In this document: piece after piece, positions 30,501 to 42,995 of the stretch
Layout: each line of letters begins with the position of its first letter
Numbering within the stretch: position 1 is the stretch's first letter
Translations under genes and position numbers: made by a program
The notes under the pieces: model-generated
What the model was told of the DNA's origin: nothing
The model's input: the letters and a program-made list of their open reading frames with translations, nothing else
Database searches by the model: none
NCBI RefSeq assembly: GCF_009914755.1
Contig: NC_060933.1
Strand: one strand, 5' to 3'
DNA from: the human T2T-CHM13v2.0 reference genome, Homo sapiens
Length of the DNA: 64,000 bases

Positions 30501-33149
30501 TTACCTTCCATTCCATTTACTTCCATTCCATTCCATTCCATTCTATTCGGGTTAATTCCATTCCATTCCATTCCATTCCATTCCATTCCATTCCATTCCA
30601 TTGCAATCGAGTTGATTCCATTCCATTCCATTCAATTCCGGATGATTCCATTCCATTGCCTTCAATTCCATTCCATTCCCCTGCACTCGGGTTGATTCCA
30701 TTCCATTCCATTCCAATCCATGCCATTCCACTCGTGTTGATTCCATTCTTTCCATTCCATTCAAGTTGAATCCATTACATTGCATTCCATTCCATTCGAT
30801 TCCATTCGATTGCACTCGGGTTGATTCCATTCCATTGCATTCCATTCCATTCCATTCCATTCCATTCCATTCCGTAGCATTCCATTCCATTACATTCGGA
30901 TTGATTCTATTCAACTCCCTTACTCTCCATTACATTCCATTCCATTCGGGTTGTTCCATTCCATTCCATTCCATTCCACTCCATTCCATTGCACTCGGGT
31001 TGATTCCATTCCATTCCATTGCATTCCATTCCATTCCATTCCATTCCGGATGATTCCATTCCATTGCATTCCGTTCCATTACATTCCCCTGCACTCGCGT
31101 TGATTCCATTCCATTCCATTCCATTCCATTCCATTCCATTCCATTCCATTACAATTCGTTCCATTCCATTCTATTCCGTACCATTCCATTCCATTCCATA
31201 CCATTTCATTCCATTCCATTCCATTCCATTCCGTTCCATTCCATTCCATTCCATTCTATTCGGATTAATTCCATTCCATTCCTTTCCATTCCATTCTATT
31301 CCATTCCATTGCAATCGAGTTGAATCCATTGCATTTCATTCCATTCCATTCCATTTCATTCCATTCCAGAAGATTCCATTCCATTGCATTCCATTCCATT
31401 CCATTCCCCTGCACTCGCGTTGATTCCATTCCATTCCATTCCATTCCATTCCATTCCATTCCATTCCGTTCCCTTCCATTCCATTCCATTCCATTCCATT
31501 CCATTCCGTTCCGTTCCATTCCATTCCATTCCATTCTATTCGGGTTAATTCCATTCCATTCCATTCGATTGCAATCGAGTTGATTCCATTCCATTCCATT
31601 CCATTCCACTCCATTCCATTGCACTCGGGTTGATTCCATTCCATTCCATTCCATTCCATTCCATTCCATTCCATTCCATTCCATTCCGGAAGATTCCTTT
31701 CCATTGCATTCCATTCCATTCCATTCCCCTGCACTCGCGTTGATTCCATTCCATTCCATTCTATTCCATTCCATTCCCTTCCTTTCCGTTCCATTCCATT
31801 CCATTCCATTCCATTCCATTCCATTCCGTTCCGTTCCATTCCATTCCATTCCATTCTATTCGGTTAATTCCATTCCATTCCATTCGATTGCAATCGAGTT
31901 GATTCCATTCCATTCCATTCCATTCCATTCCATTCCATTCCATTCCTTTCCATTCCATTACGGATGATTCCATTCCATTGCATTCCATTCCATTCCATTC
32001 CCCTGTACTCGGGTTGATTCCATTCCATTCCATTCCAATCCATGCCATTCCACTCGTGTTGATTCCATTCTTTCCATTCCATTCAAGTTGAATCCATTCC
32101 ATTGCATTCCATTCCATTCGATTCCATTCGATTGCACTCGGGTTGATTCCATTCCATTCCATTCCATTCCATTCCATTCCATTCCGTTCCATTCCATTCC
32201 ATTACATTCGGATTGATTCTATTCAATTCCCTTACACTCCATTACATTCCATTCCATTCGGGTAGTTTCTATTCCATTCCATTCCATTCCTCTCCTTTCC
32301 ATTGCACTCGGGTTGATTCCATTCCATTGCATTCCATTCCATTCCATTCAATTCCATTCCGTTCCATTCCATTCCATTACATTCGGATTGATTCTATTCA
32401 ACTCCCTTACTCTCGATTACATTCCATTCCATTCGGGTTGTTCCATTCCATTCCATTCCATTCCACTCCATTCCATTGCACTCGGGTTGATTCCATTCCA
32501 TTCCATTGCATTCCATTCCATTCCATTCCATTCCGGAAGATTCCTTTCCATTGCATTCCATTCCATTCCATTCCCCTGCACTCGCGTTGATTCCATTCCA
32601 TTCCATTCTATTCCATTCCATTCCCTTCCTTTCCGTTCCATTCCATTCCATTCCATTCCATTCCATTCCATTCCATTCCGTTCCGTTCCATTCCATTCCA
32701 TTCCATTCTATTCGGTTAATTCCATTCCATTCCATTCGATTGCAATCGAGTTGATTCCATTCCATTCCATTCCATTCCATTCCATTCCATTCCTTTCCAT
32801 TCCATTACGGATGATTCCATTCCATTGAATTCCATTCCATTCCATTCCCCTGTACTCGGGTTGATTCCATTCCATTCCATTCCAATCCATGCCATTCCAC
32901 TCGTGTTGATTCCATTCTTTCCATCCAATTCAAGTTGAATCCATTCCATTGCATTCCATTCCATTCGATTCCATTCGATTGCACTCGGGTTGATTCCATT
33001 CCATTGCATTCCATTCCATTCCATTCCATTCCATTCCATTCCGTTCCATTCCATTTCATTACATACAGATTTATGCTATTCAATTCCCTTACACTCCATT
33101 ATATTCCAATCCATTCTGGTTGTTTCCATTCCATTCCATTCCATTTCAC
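24579..33149 (+). repeat. 8.57-kb tandem duplication, copy 2
   Basis: Matches 16003-24578 apart from three single-pentamer indels that I could see. The junction word tccattccattgca is at 16003, 24579 and 33150. Confidence 0.95.
29399..30526 (+). repeat. Divergent HSat3 island type 1, second copy (inside 8.57-kb duplication)
   Basis: Same words at +8576/+8581. Confidence 0.75.
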
Positions 33150-36100
33150 TCCATTCCATTGCACTCGGGTTGATTCCATTCCATTCCATTCTATTGCATT
33201 CCATTCCATTCCATTCCGGATGATTCCATTCTATTGCATTCCATTCCATTCCATTCCCCTGCACTCGGGTTGATTCCATTCTATTCCATTACATTCGGAT
33301 TGATTCTATTCAACTCCCTTACTCTCCATTACATTCCATTCCATTCTGGTTGTTCCATTCCATTCCATTCCATTCCACTCCATTCCATTGCACTCAGGTT
33401 GACTCCATTCCATTCCATTCCATTCCATTCCATTCCATTCCATTCCATTCCGGATGATTACATTCCATTGCATTCCTTTCCATTCCATTCCCCTGTACTC
33501 GGGTTTATTCCATTCCATTCCATTCCAATCCATGCCATTCCACTCGTGTTGATTCCATTCTTTCCATTCCATTCAAGTTGAATCCATTCCATTGCATTCC
33601 ATTCCATTCCATTCCCCTCCAGTCGCGTTGATTCCATTCCATTCCATTCCATTCCATTCCATTCCATTCCGTTCTTTTCCATTCCATTCCATTCCTTTCT
33701 ATTCATGTTAATTCCATTCCATTCCATTCCATTCCATTCCAATCAAGTTGATTCCATTCCATTCCATTCCATTCCATTCCATTCCATTCCACTCCACTCC
33801 AGTCCTTTCCATTCCATTCCACTCGGGTTGATTCCAATGTATTCCTTTCCATTCCATTCCATTCCATTGCAATCAAGTTGATTCCATTGCTTTGCATTCC
33901 ATTCCATTCCATTCCATTCCGGATGATTCCATTCCATTGCATTCCATTCCATTCCATTCCCCTGCTCTCGGGTTGATTCCATTCCATTCCACTCCATTCC
34001 GTTCCATTCCATTCCATTCCATTGTATTAGGGTTAATTCCATTCCATTCCATTCCATTCCATTCCATTACAATCGAGTTGATTCCATTCCATTCCATTCC
34101 ATTCCAGTCCTTTCCATTCCATTCCACTCGGGTTGATTCCATTCTATTAGTTTCCATTCCATTCCATTCCCTTCCATTCCACTCTGGTTGATACCATTCC
34201 TTTCCATTCCACTCGAATACATTCCCTCCTATTCCACTCGGAACGATTGCATTCCATTCCATTCCATTCCATTCCATTCCATTTCGTTCCATTGCATTCT
34301 ATTCCGTATCATTCCATTGCATTGCATTCCATTCCATTCCATTCCATTCCATTCCGTTGCATTCCATTCCATTACATTCGGATTGATTCTATTCAACTCC
34401 CTTACTCTCCATTACATTCCATTCCATTCGGGTTGTTCCATTCCATTCCATTCCATTCCACTCCATTCCATTGCACTCGGGTTGATTCCATTCCATTCCA
34501 TTGCATTCCATTCCATTCCATTCCATTCCGGATGATTCCATTCCATTGCATTCCGTTCCATTACATTCCCCTGCACTCGCGTTGATTCCATTCCATTCCA
34601 TTCCATTCCATTCCATTCCATTCCATTCCATTCCATTACAATTCGTTCCATTCCATTCTATTCCGTACCATTCCATTCCATTCCATACCATTCCATTCCA
34701 TTCCATTCCATTCCATTCCATTCCGTTCCATTCCGTTCCATTCCATTCCATTCCATTCTATTCGGATTAATTCCATTCCATTCCTTTCCATTCCATTCTA
34801 TTCCATTCCATTGCAATCGAGTTGAATCCATTGCATTTCATTCCATTCCATTCCATTCCAGAAGATTCCATTCCATTGCATTCCATTCCATTCCATTCCC
34901 CTGCACTCGCGTTGATTCCATTCCATTCCATTCCATTCCATTCCATTCCATTCCATTCCATTTCTTTCCATTCCATTCTATTCCGTATCATTCCATTCCA
35001 TTCCATTCCATTCCATTCCATTCCATTCCACTCGTGTTGATTCCATTCCTTTCCATTCCATTCGGTTTGAAGGTATTCCATTCCATTCCATTCCATTCCA
35101 TTTCATTCCATTCCATTCCATTGTACTCGGGTTGAATCCATTCCATTACATTCCATTCCATTCCATTCCATTCCTTTCCATTCCTTTGCATTCCATTCCA
35201 TTACATTCGGATTGATTCTATTCAACTCCCTTACTCTCCATTACATTCCATTCCATTCGGGTTGTTCCATTCCATTCCATTCCATTCCACTCTATTCCGT
35301 TGCACTCGGGTTGATTCCATTCCATTCCATTCCATTCCATTCCATTCCGGATGATTCCATTCCATTGCATTCCGTTCCATTACCTTCCCCTGCACTCGCG
35401 TTGATTCCATTCCATTCCATTCCATTCCATTCAGTTCCATTCCATTACAATTCGTTCCATTCCATTCTATTCCGTACCATTCCATTCCATTCCATACCAT
35501 TCCATTCCATTCCATTCCATTCCATTCCATTCCGTTCCATTCCGTCCCATTCCATTCCATTCCATTCTATTCGGGTTAATTCCATTCCATTCCATTCCAT
35601 TCCATTCCATTCTATTCCATTCCATTGCAATCGAGTTGAATCCATTGCATTTCATTCCATTCCATTCCATTCCATTCCATTCCATTCCATTCCGGAAGAT
35701 TACATTCCATTGCATTCCATTCCATTCCATTCCCCTGCACTCGCGTTGATTCCATTCCATTCCATTCCATCCATTCCGTTCCGTTCCGTTCCATTCCATT
35801 CCATTCCATTCCATTGCATTCCATTCCGTTCCGTTCCATTCCGTTCCATTCCATTCTATTCGGGTTAATTCCATTCCATTCCATTCGATTGCAATCGAGT
35901 TGATTCCATTCCATTCCATTCCATTCCATTCCATTCCATTCCGGAAGATTCCATTCCACTGCATTCCATTCCATTCCATTCCCCTGCACTCGCCTTGATT
36001 CCATTCCTTTCCATTCCATTCCATTCCATCCATTCCGTTCCGTTCCGTTCCATTCCATTCCATTCCATTCCATTCCAATCCATTCCATTCCGTTCCGTTC

Positions 36101-37960
36101 CGTTCCATTCCATTCCATTCCATTCTATTCGGGTTAATTCCATTCCATTCCATTCGATTGCAATCGTGTTGATTCCATTCCATTCCATTCCATTCCATTC
36201 CATTCCATTCCTTTCCATTCCATTACGGATGATTCCATTCCATTGCATTCCATTCCATTCCATTCCCCTGTACTCGGGTTGATTCCATTCCATTCCATTC
36301 CAATCCATGCCATTCCACTCGTGTTGATTCCATTCTTTCCATTCCATTCAAGTTGAATCCATTCCATTGCATTCCATTCCATTGGATTCCATTCGATTGC
36401 ACTCGGGTTGATTCCATTCCATTGCGTTCCATTCCATTCTATTCCATTCCATTCCATTCCATTCCATTCCATTCCATTCCGTTCCATTCCGTTCCATTCC
36501 ATTCCATTACATTCGGATTGATTCTATTCAATTCCCTTACACTCCATTACATTCCATTCCATTCGGGTAGTTTCCATTCCATTCCATTCCATTCCTCTCC
36601 ATTCCATTGCACTTGGGTTGATTCCATTCCATTGCATTCCATTCTATTCCATTCAATTCCATTCCGTTCCATTCCATTCCATTACATTCGGATTGATTCT
36701 ATTCACCTCCCTTACTCTCAATTACATTGCATTCCATTTGGGTTGTTCCATTCCATTCCATTCCATTCCACTCCATTCCATTGCACTCGGGTTGATTCCA
36801 TTCCATTCCATTCCATTCCGGAAGATTCCATTCCATTGCATTCCATTCCATTCCATTCCCCTGCACTCGCGTTGATTCCATTCCATTCCATTCTATTCCA
36901 TTCCATTCCCTTCCTTTCCGTTCCATTCCATTCCATTCCATTCCATTCCATTCCATTCCGTTCCGTTCCATTCCATTCCATTCCATTCTATTCGGGTTAA
37001 TTCCATTCCATTCCATTCAATTGCAATCGAGTTGATTCCATTCCATTCGATTCCATTCCATTCCATTCCATTCCTTTCCATTCCATTACGGATGATTCCA
37101 TTCCATTGCATTCCATTCCATTCCATTCCATTCCATTCCATTCCATTCCCCTGTACTCGGGTTGATTCCATTCAATTGCATTCCAATCCATGCCCTTCCA
37201 CTCGTGTTGATTCCATTCTTTCCATTCCATTCAAGTTGAATCCATTCCATTGCATTCCATTCCATTCGATTCCATTCGATTGCACTCGGGTTGATTCCAT
37301 TCCATTGCATTCCATTCCATTCCATTCCATTCCATTCCATTCCGTTACATTCCATTCCATTACATTCGGATTGATTCTATTCAATTCCCTTACACTCGAT
37401 TACATTCCATTCCATTCGTGTAGTTTCCATTCCATTCCTTTCCATTCCTCTCTATTCCATTGAACTCTGGTTGATTCCATTCCATTGCATTCCATTCCAT
37501 TCCATTCAATTCCATTCCGTTCCATTCCATTCCATTACATTCGGATTGATTCTATTCAACTCCCTTACTCTCCATTACATTCCATTCCATTCGGGTTGTT
37601 CCATTCCATTCCATTCCATTCCACTCCATTCCATTGCACTCGGGTTTATTCCATTCCATTCCATTCCATTCCATTCCGGAAGATTCCATTCCATTGCATT
37701 CCATTCCATTCCATTCCCCTGCACTCGCGTTGATTCCATTCCATTCCATTCCATTCCATTCCATTCCATTCCATTCCGTTCAATTCCATTCCATTCCATT
37801 CCATTCCAATCCATTCCATTCCGTTCCGTTCCGTTCCATTACATTCCATTCCATTCTATTCGGGTTAATTCCATTCCATTCCATTCGATTGCAATCGAGT
37901 TGATTCCATTCCATTCCATTCCATTCCATTCCATTCCATTCCTTTCCATTCCATTACGGA
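32991..37960 (+). repeat. ~5.0-kb tandem duplication, copy A (4970 bp)
   Basis: Private variants recur at offsets of 4980-5060: catacagatttatgc (33062/38042), attcatgttaatt (~33701/~38701), tttgaaggtattcc (~35067/~40117), tccgtcccat (35541/40591), tgaactctgg (37461/~42497). Confidence 0.9.
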
Positions 37961-40900
37961 TGATTCCATTCCATTGCATTCCATTCCATTCCATTCCATT
38001 CCATTCCATTCCATTCCATTCCGTTCCATTCCATTTCATTACATACAGATTTATGCTATTCAATTCCCTTACACTCCATTATATTCCAATCCATTCTGGT
38101 TGTTTCCATTCCATTCCTTTCCATTTCACTCCATTCCATTGCACTCGGGTTGATTCCATTCCATTCCATTCTATTGCATTCCATTCCATTCCATTCCGGA
38201 TGATTCCATTCTATTGCATTCCATTCCATTCCATTCCCCTGCACTCGGGTTGATTCCATTCTATTCCATTACATTCGGATTGATTCTATTCAACTCCCTT
38301 ACTCTCCATTACATTCCATTCCATTCTGGTTGTTCCATTCCATTCCATTCCATTCCACTCCATTCCATTGCACTCAGGTTGACTCCATTCCATTCCATTC
38401 CATTCCATTCCATTCCATTCCATTCCATTCCATTCCGGATGATTACATTCCATTGCATTCCTTTCCATTCCATTCCCCTGTACTCGGGTTTATTCCATTC
38501 CATTCCATTCCAATCCATGCCATTCCACTCGTGTTGATTCCATTCTTTCCATTCCATTTAAGTTGAATCCATTCCATTGCATTCCATTCCATTCCATTCC
38601 CCTGCAGTCGCGTTGATTCCATTCCATTCCATTCTATTCCATTCCATTCCATTCCATTCCATTCCATTCCGATCTGTTCCATTCCATTCCATTCCTTTCT
38701 ATTCATGTTAATTCCATTCCATTCCATTCCATTCCATTCCAATCAAGTTGATTCCATTCCATTCCATTCCATTCCATTCCATTCCATTCCACTCCATTCC
38801 AGTCCTTTCCATTCCATTCCACTCGGGTTGATTCCAATGTATTCCTTTCCATTCCATTCCATTCCATTGCAATCAAGTTGATTCCATTGCTTTGCATTCC
38901 ATTCCATTCCATTCCATTCTGGATGATTCCATTCCATTGCATTCCATTCCATTCCATTCCCCTGCTCTCGGGTTGATTCCATTCCATTCCACTCCATTCC
39001 GTTCCATTCCATTCCATTCCATTGTATTAGGGTTAATTCCATTCCATTCCATTCCATTCCATTACAATCGAGTTGATTCCATTCCATTCCATTCCATTCC
39101 AGTCCTTTCCATTCCATTCCACTCGGGTTGATTCCATTCTATTAGTTTCCATTCCATTCCATTCCCTTCCATTCCACTCTGGTTGATACCATTCCTTTCC
39201 ATTCCACTCGAATACATTCCCTCCTATTCCACTCGGAACGATTGCATTCCATTCCATTCCATTCCATTCCATTTCGTTCCATTGCATTCTATTCCGTATC
39301 ATTCCATTCCATTCCATTCCATTCCATTCCATTCCATTCCATTCCATTGTACTGGAGTTGATTCAATTCCATTGCATTCCATTCCATTCCATTCCATTCC
39401 ATTCCGTTGCATTCCATTCCATTACATTCGGATTGATTCTATTCAACTCCCTTACTCTCCATTACATTCCATTCCATTCGGGTTGTTCCATTCCATTCCA
39501 TTCCATTCCACTCCATTCCATAGCACTCGGGTTGATTCCATTCCATTCCATTGCATTCCATTCCATTCCATTCCATTCCGGATGATTCCATTCCATTGCA
39601 TTCCGTTCCATTACATTCCCCTGCACTCGCGTTGATTCCATTCCATTCCATTCCATTCCATTCCATTCCATTCCATTACAATTCGTTCCATTCCATTCTA
39701 TTCCGTACCATTCCATTCCATTCCATACCATTCCATTCCATTCCATTCCATTCCATTCCGTTCCATTCCGTTCCATTCCATTCCATTCCATTCTATTCGG
39801 ATTAATTCCATTCCATTCCTTTCCATTCCATTCTATTCCATTCCATTGCAATCGAGTTGAATCCATTGCATTTCATTCCATTCCATTCCATTCCATTCCA
39901 TTCCATTCCAGAAGATTCCATTCCATTGCATTCCATTCCATTCCATTCCCCTGCACTCGCGTTGATTCCATTCCATTCCATTCCATTCCATTCCATTCCA
40001 TTCCATTCCATTTCTTTCCATTCCATTCTATTCCGTATCATTCCATTCCATTCCATTCCATTCCATTCCATTCCATTCCACTCGTGTTGATTCCATTCCT
40101 TTCCATTCCATTCGGTTTGAAGGTATTCCATTCCATTCCATTCCATTCCATTTCATTCCATTCCATTCCATTGTACTCGGGTTGATTCCATTCCATTACT
40201 TTCCATTCCATTCCATTCCATTCCTTTCCATTCCGTTGCATTCCATTCCATTACATTCGGATTGATTCTATTCAACTCCCTTACTCTCCATTACATTCCA
40301 TTCCATTCGGGTTGTTCCATTCCATTCCATTCCATTCCACTCTATTCCATTGCACTCGGGTTGATTCCATTCCATTCCATTCCATTCCATTCCATTCCGG
40401 ATGATTCCATTCCATTGCATTCCGTTCCATTACCTTCCCCTGCACTCGCGTTGATTCCATTCCATTCCATTCCATTCCATTCAGTTCCATTCCATTACAA
40501 TTCGTTCCATTCCATTCTATTCCGTACCATTCCATTCCATTCCATACCATTCCATTCCATTCCATTCCATTCCATTCCATTCCGTTCCATTCCGTCCCAT
40601 TCCATTCCATTCCATTCTATTCGGGTTAATTCCATTCCATTCCATTCCATTCCATTCCATTCTATTCCATTCCATTGCAATCGAGTTGAATCCATTGCAT
40701 TTCATTCCATTCCATTCCATTCCATTCCATTCCATTCCGTTCCGGAAGATTACATTCCATTGCATTCCATTCCATTCCATTCCCCTGCACTCGCGTTGAT
40801 TCCATTCCATTCCATTCCATCCATTCCGTTCCGTTCCGTTCCCTTCCATTCCATTCCATTCCATTCCATTCCATTCCATTCCGTTCCGTTCCATTCCATT

Positions 40901-42995
40901 CCATTCCATTCTATTCGGGTTAATTCCATTCCATTCCATTCGATTGCAATCGAGTTGATTCCATTCCATTCCATTCCATTCCATTCCATTCCATTCCATT
41001 CCGGAAGATTCCATTCCACTGCATTCCATTCCATTCCATTCCCCTGCACTCGCCTTGATTCCATTCCTTTCCATTCCATTCCATTCCATCCATTCCGTTC
41101 CGTTCCGTTCCATTCCATTCCATTCCATTCCATTCCAATCCATTCCATTCCGTTCCGTTCCGTTCCATTCCATTCCATTCCATTCTATTCGGGTTAATTC
41201 CATTCCATTCCATTCGATTGCAATCGTGTTGATTCCATTCCATTCCATTCCATTCCATTCCATTCCTTTCCATTCCATTACGGATGATTCCATTCCATTG
41301 CATTCCATTCCATTCCATTCCCCTGTACTCGGGTTGATTCCATTCCATTCCATTCCAATCCATACCATTCCACTCGTGTTGATTCCATTCTTTCCATTCC
41401 ATTCCAGTTGAATCCATTCCATTGCATTCCATTCCATTGGATTCCATTCGATTGCACTCGGGTTGATTCCATTCCATTGCGTTCCATTCCATTCTATTCC
41501 ATTCCATTCCATTCCATTCCATTCCATTCCGTTCCATTCCGTTCCATTCCATTCCATTACATTCGGATTGATTCTATTCAATTCCCTTACACTCCATTAC
41601 ATTCCATTCCATTCGGGTAGTTTCCATTCCATTCCATTCCATTCCTCTCCATTCCATTGCACTTGGGTTGATTCCATTCCATTGCATTCCATTCTATTCC
41701 ATTCAATTCCATTCCGTTCCATTCCATTCCATTACATTCGGATTGATTCTATTCAACTCCCTTACTCTCAATTACATTGCATTCCATTCGGGTTGTTCCA
41801 TTCCATTCCATTCCATTCCACTCCATTCCATTGCACTCGGGTTGATTCCATTCCATTCCATTCCATTCCGGAAGATTCCATTCCATTGCATTCCATTCCA
41901 TTCCATTCCCCTGCACTCGCGTTGATTCCATTCCATTCCATTCTATTCCATTCCATTCCCTTCCTTTCCGTTCCATTCCATTCCATTCCATTCCATTCCA
42001 TTCCATTCCTTTCCGTTCCATTCCATTCCATTCCATTCCATTCTATTCGGGTTAATTCCATTCCATTTCATTCAATTGCAATCGAGTTGATTCCATTCCA
42101 TTCGATTCCATTCCATTCCATTCCATTCCTTTCCATTCCACTACGGATGATTCCATTCCATTGCATTCCATTCCATTCCATTCCCCTGTACTCGGGTTGA
42201 TTCCATTCAATTGCATTCCAATCCATGCCCTTCCACTCGTGTTGATTCCATTCTTTCCATTCCATTCAAGTTGAATCCATTCCATTGCATTCCATTCCAT
42301 TCGATTCCATTCGATTGCACTCGGGTTGATTCCATTCCATTGCATTCCATTCCATTCCATTCCATTCCATTCCATTCCGTTACATTCCATTCCATTACAT
42401 TCGGATTGATTCTATTCAATTCCCTTACACTCGATTACATTCCATTTCATTCGTGTAGTTTCCATTCCATTCCATTCCATTCCTCTCTATTCCATTGAAC
42501 TCTGGTTGATTCCATTCCATTGCATTCCATTCCATTCCATTCAATTCCATTCCGTTCCATTCCATTCCATTACATTCGGATTGATTCTATTCAACTCCCT
42601 TACTCTCCATTACATTCCATTCCATTCGGGTTGTTCCATTCCATTCCATTCCATTCCACTCCATTCCATTGCACTCGGGTTTATTCCATTCCATTCCATT
42701 CCATTCCATTCCATTCCATTCCGGAAGATTCCATTCCATTGCATTCCATTCCATTCCATTCCCCTGCACTCGCGTTGATTCCATTCCATTCCATTCCATT
42801 CCATTCCATTCCATTCCATTCCGTTCAATTCCATTCCATTCCATTCCATTCCAATCCATTCCATTCCGTTCCGTTCCATTCCATTACATTCCATTCCATT
42901 CTATTCGGGTTAATTCCATTCCATTCCATTCGATTGCAATCGAGTTGATTCCATTCCATTCCATTCCATTCCATTCCTTTCCATTCCATTACGGA
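37961..42995 (+). repeat. ~5.0-kb tandem duplication, copy B (5035 bp)
   Basis: Colinear with 32991-37960, with scattered substitutions and pentamer-count differences. The shared junction word starts at 32991, 37961 and 42996. Confidence 0.9.

Noticed and set aside
40517-41581. Long - strand MEWNG ORFs resembling the poly-WNGME product of the SCA31 (TGGAA)n repeat or bacterial pentapeptide-repeat proteins
   Set aside because: The resemblance follows automatically from the pentamer. Nothing in the sequence indicates translation, and the motif does not fit the A(D/N)LXX pentapeptide family.
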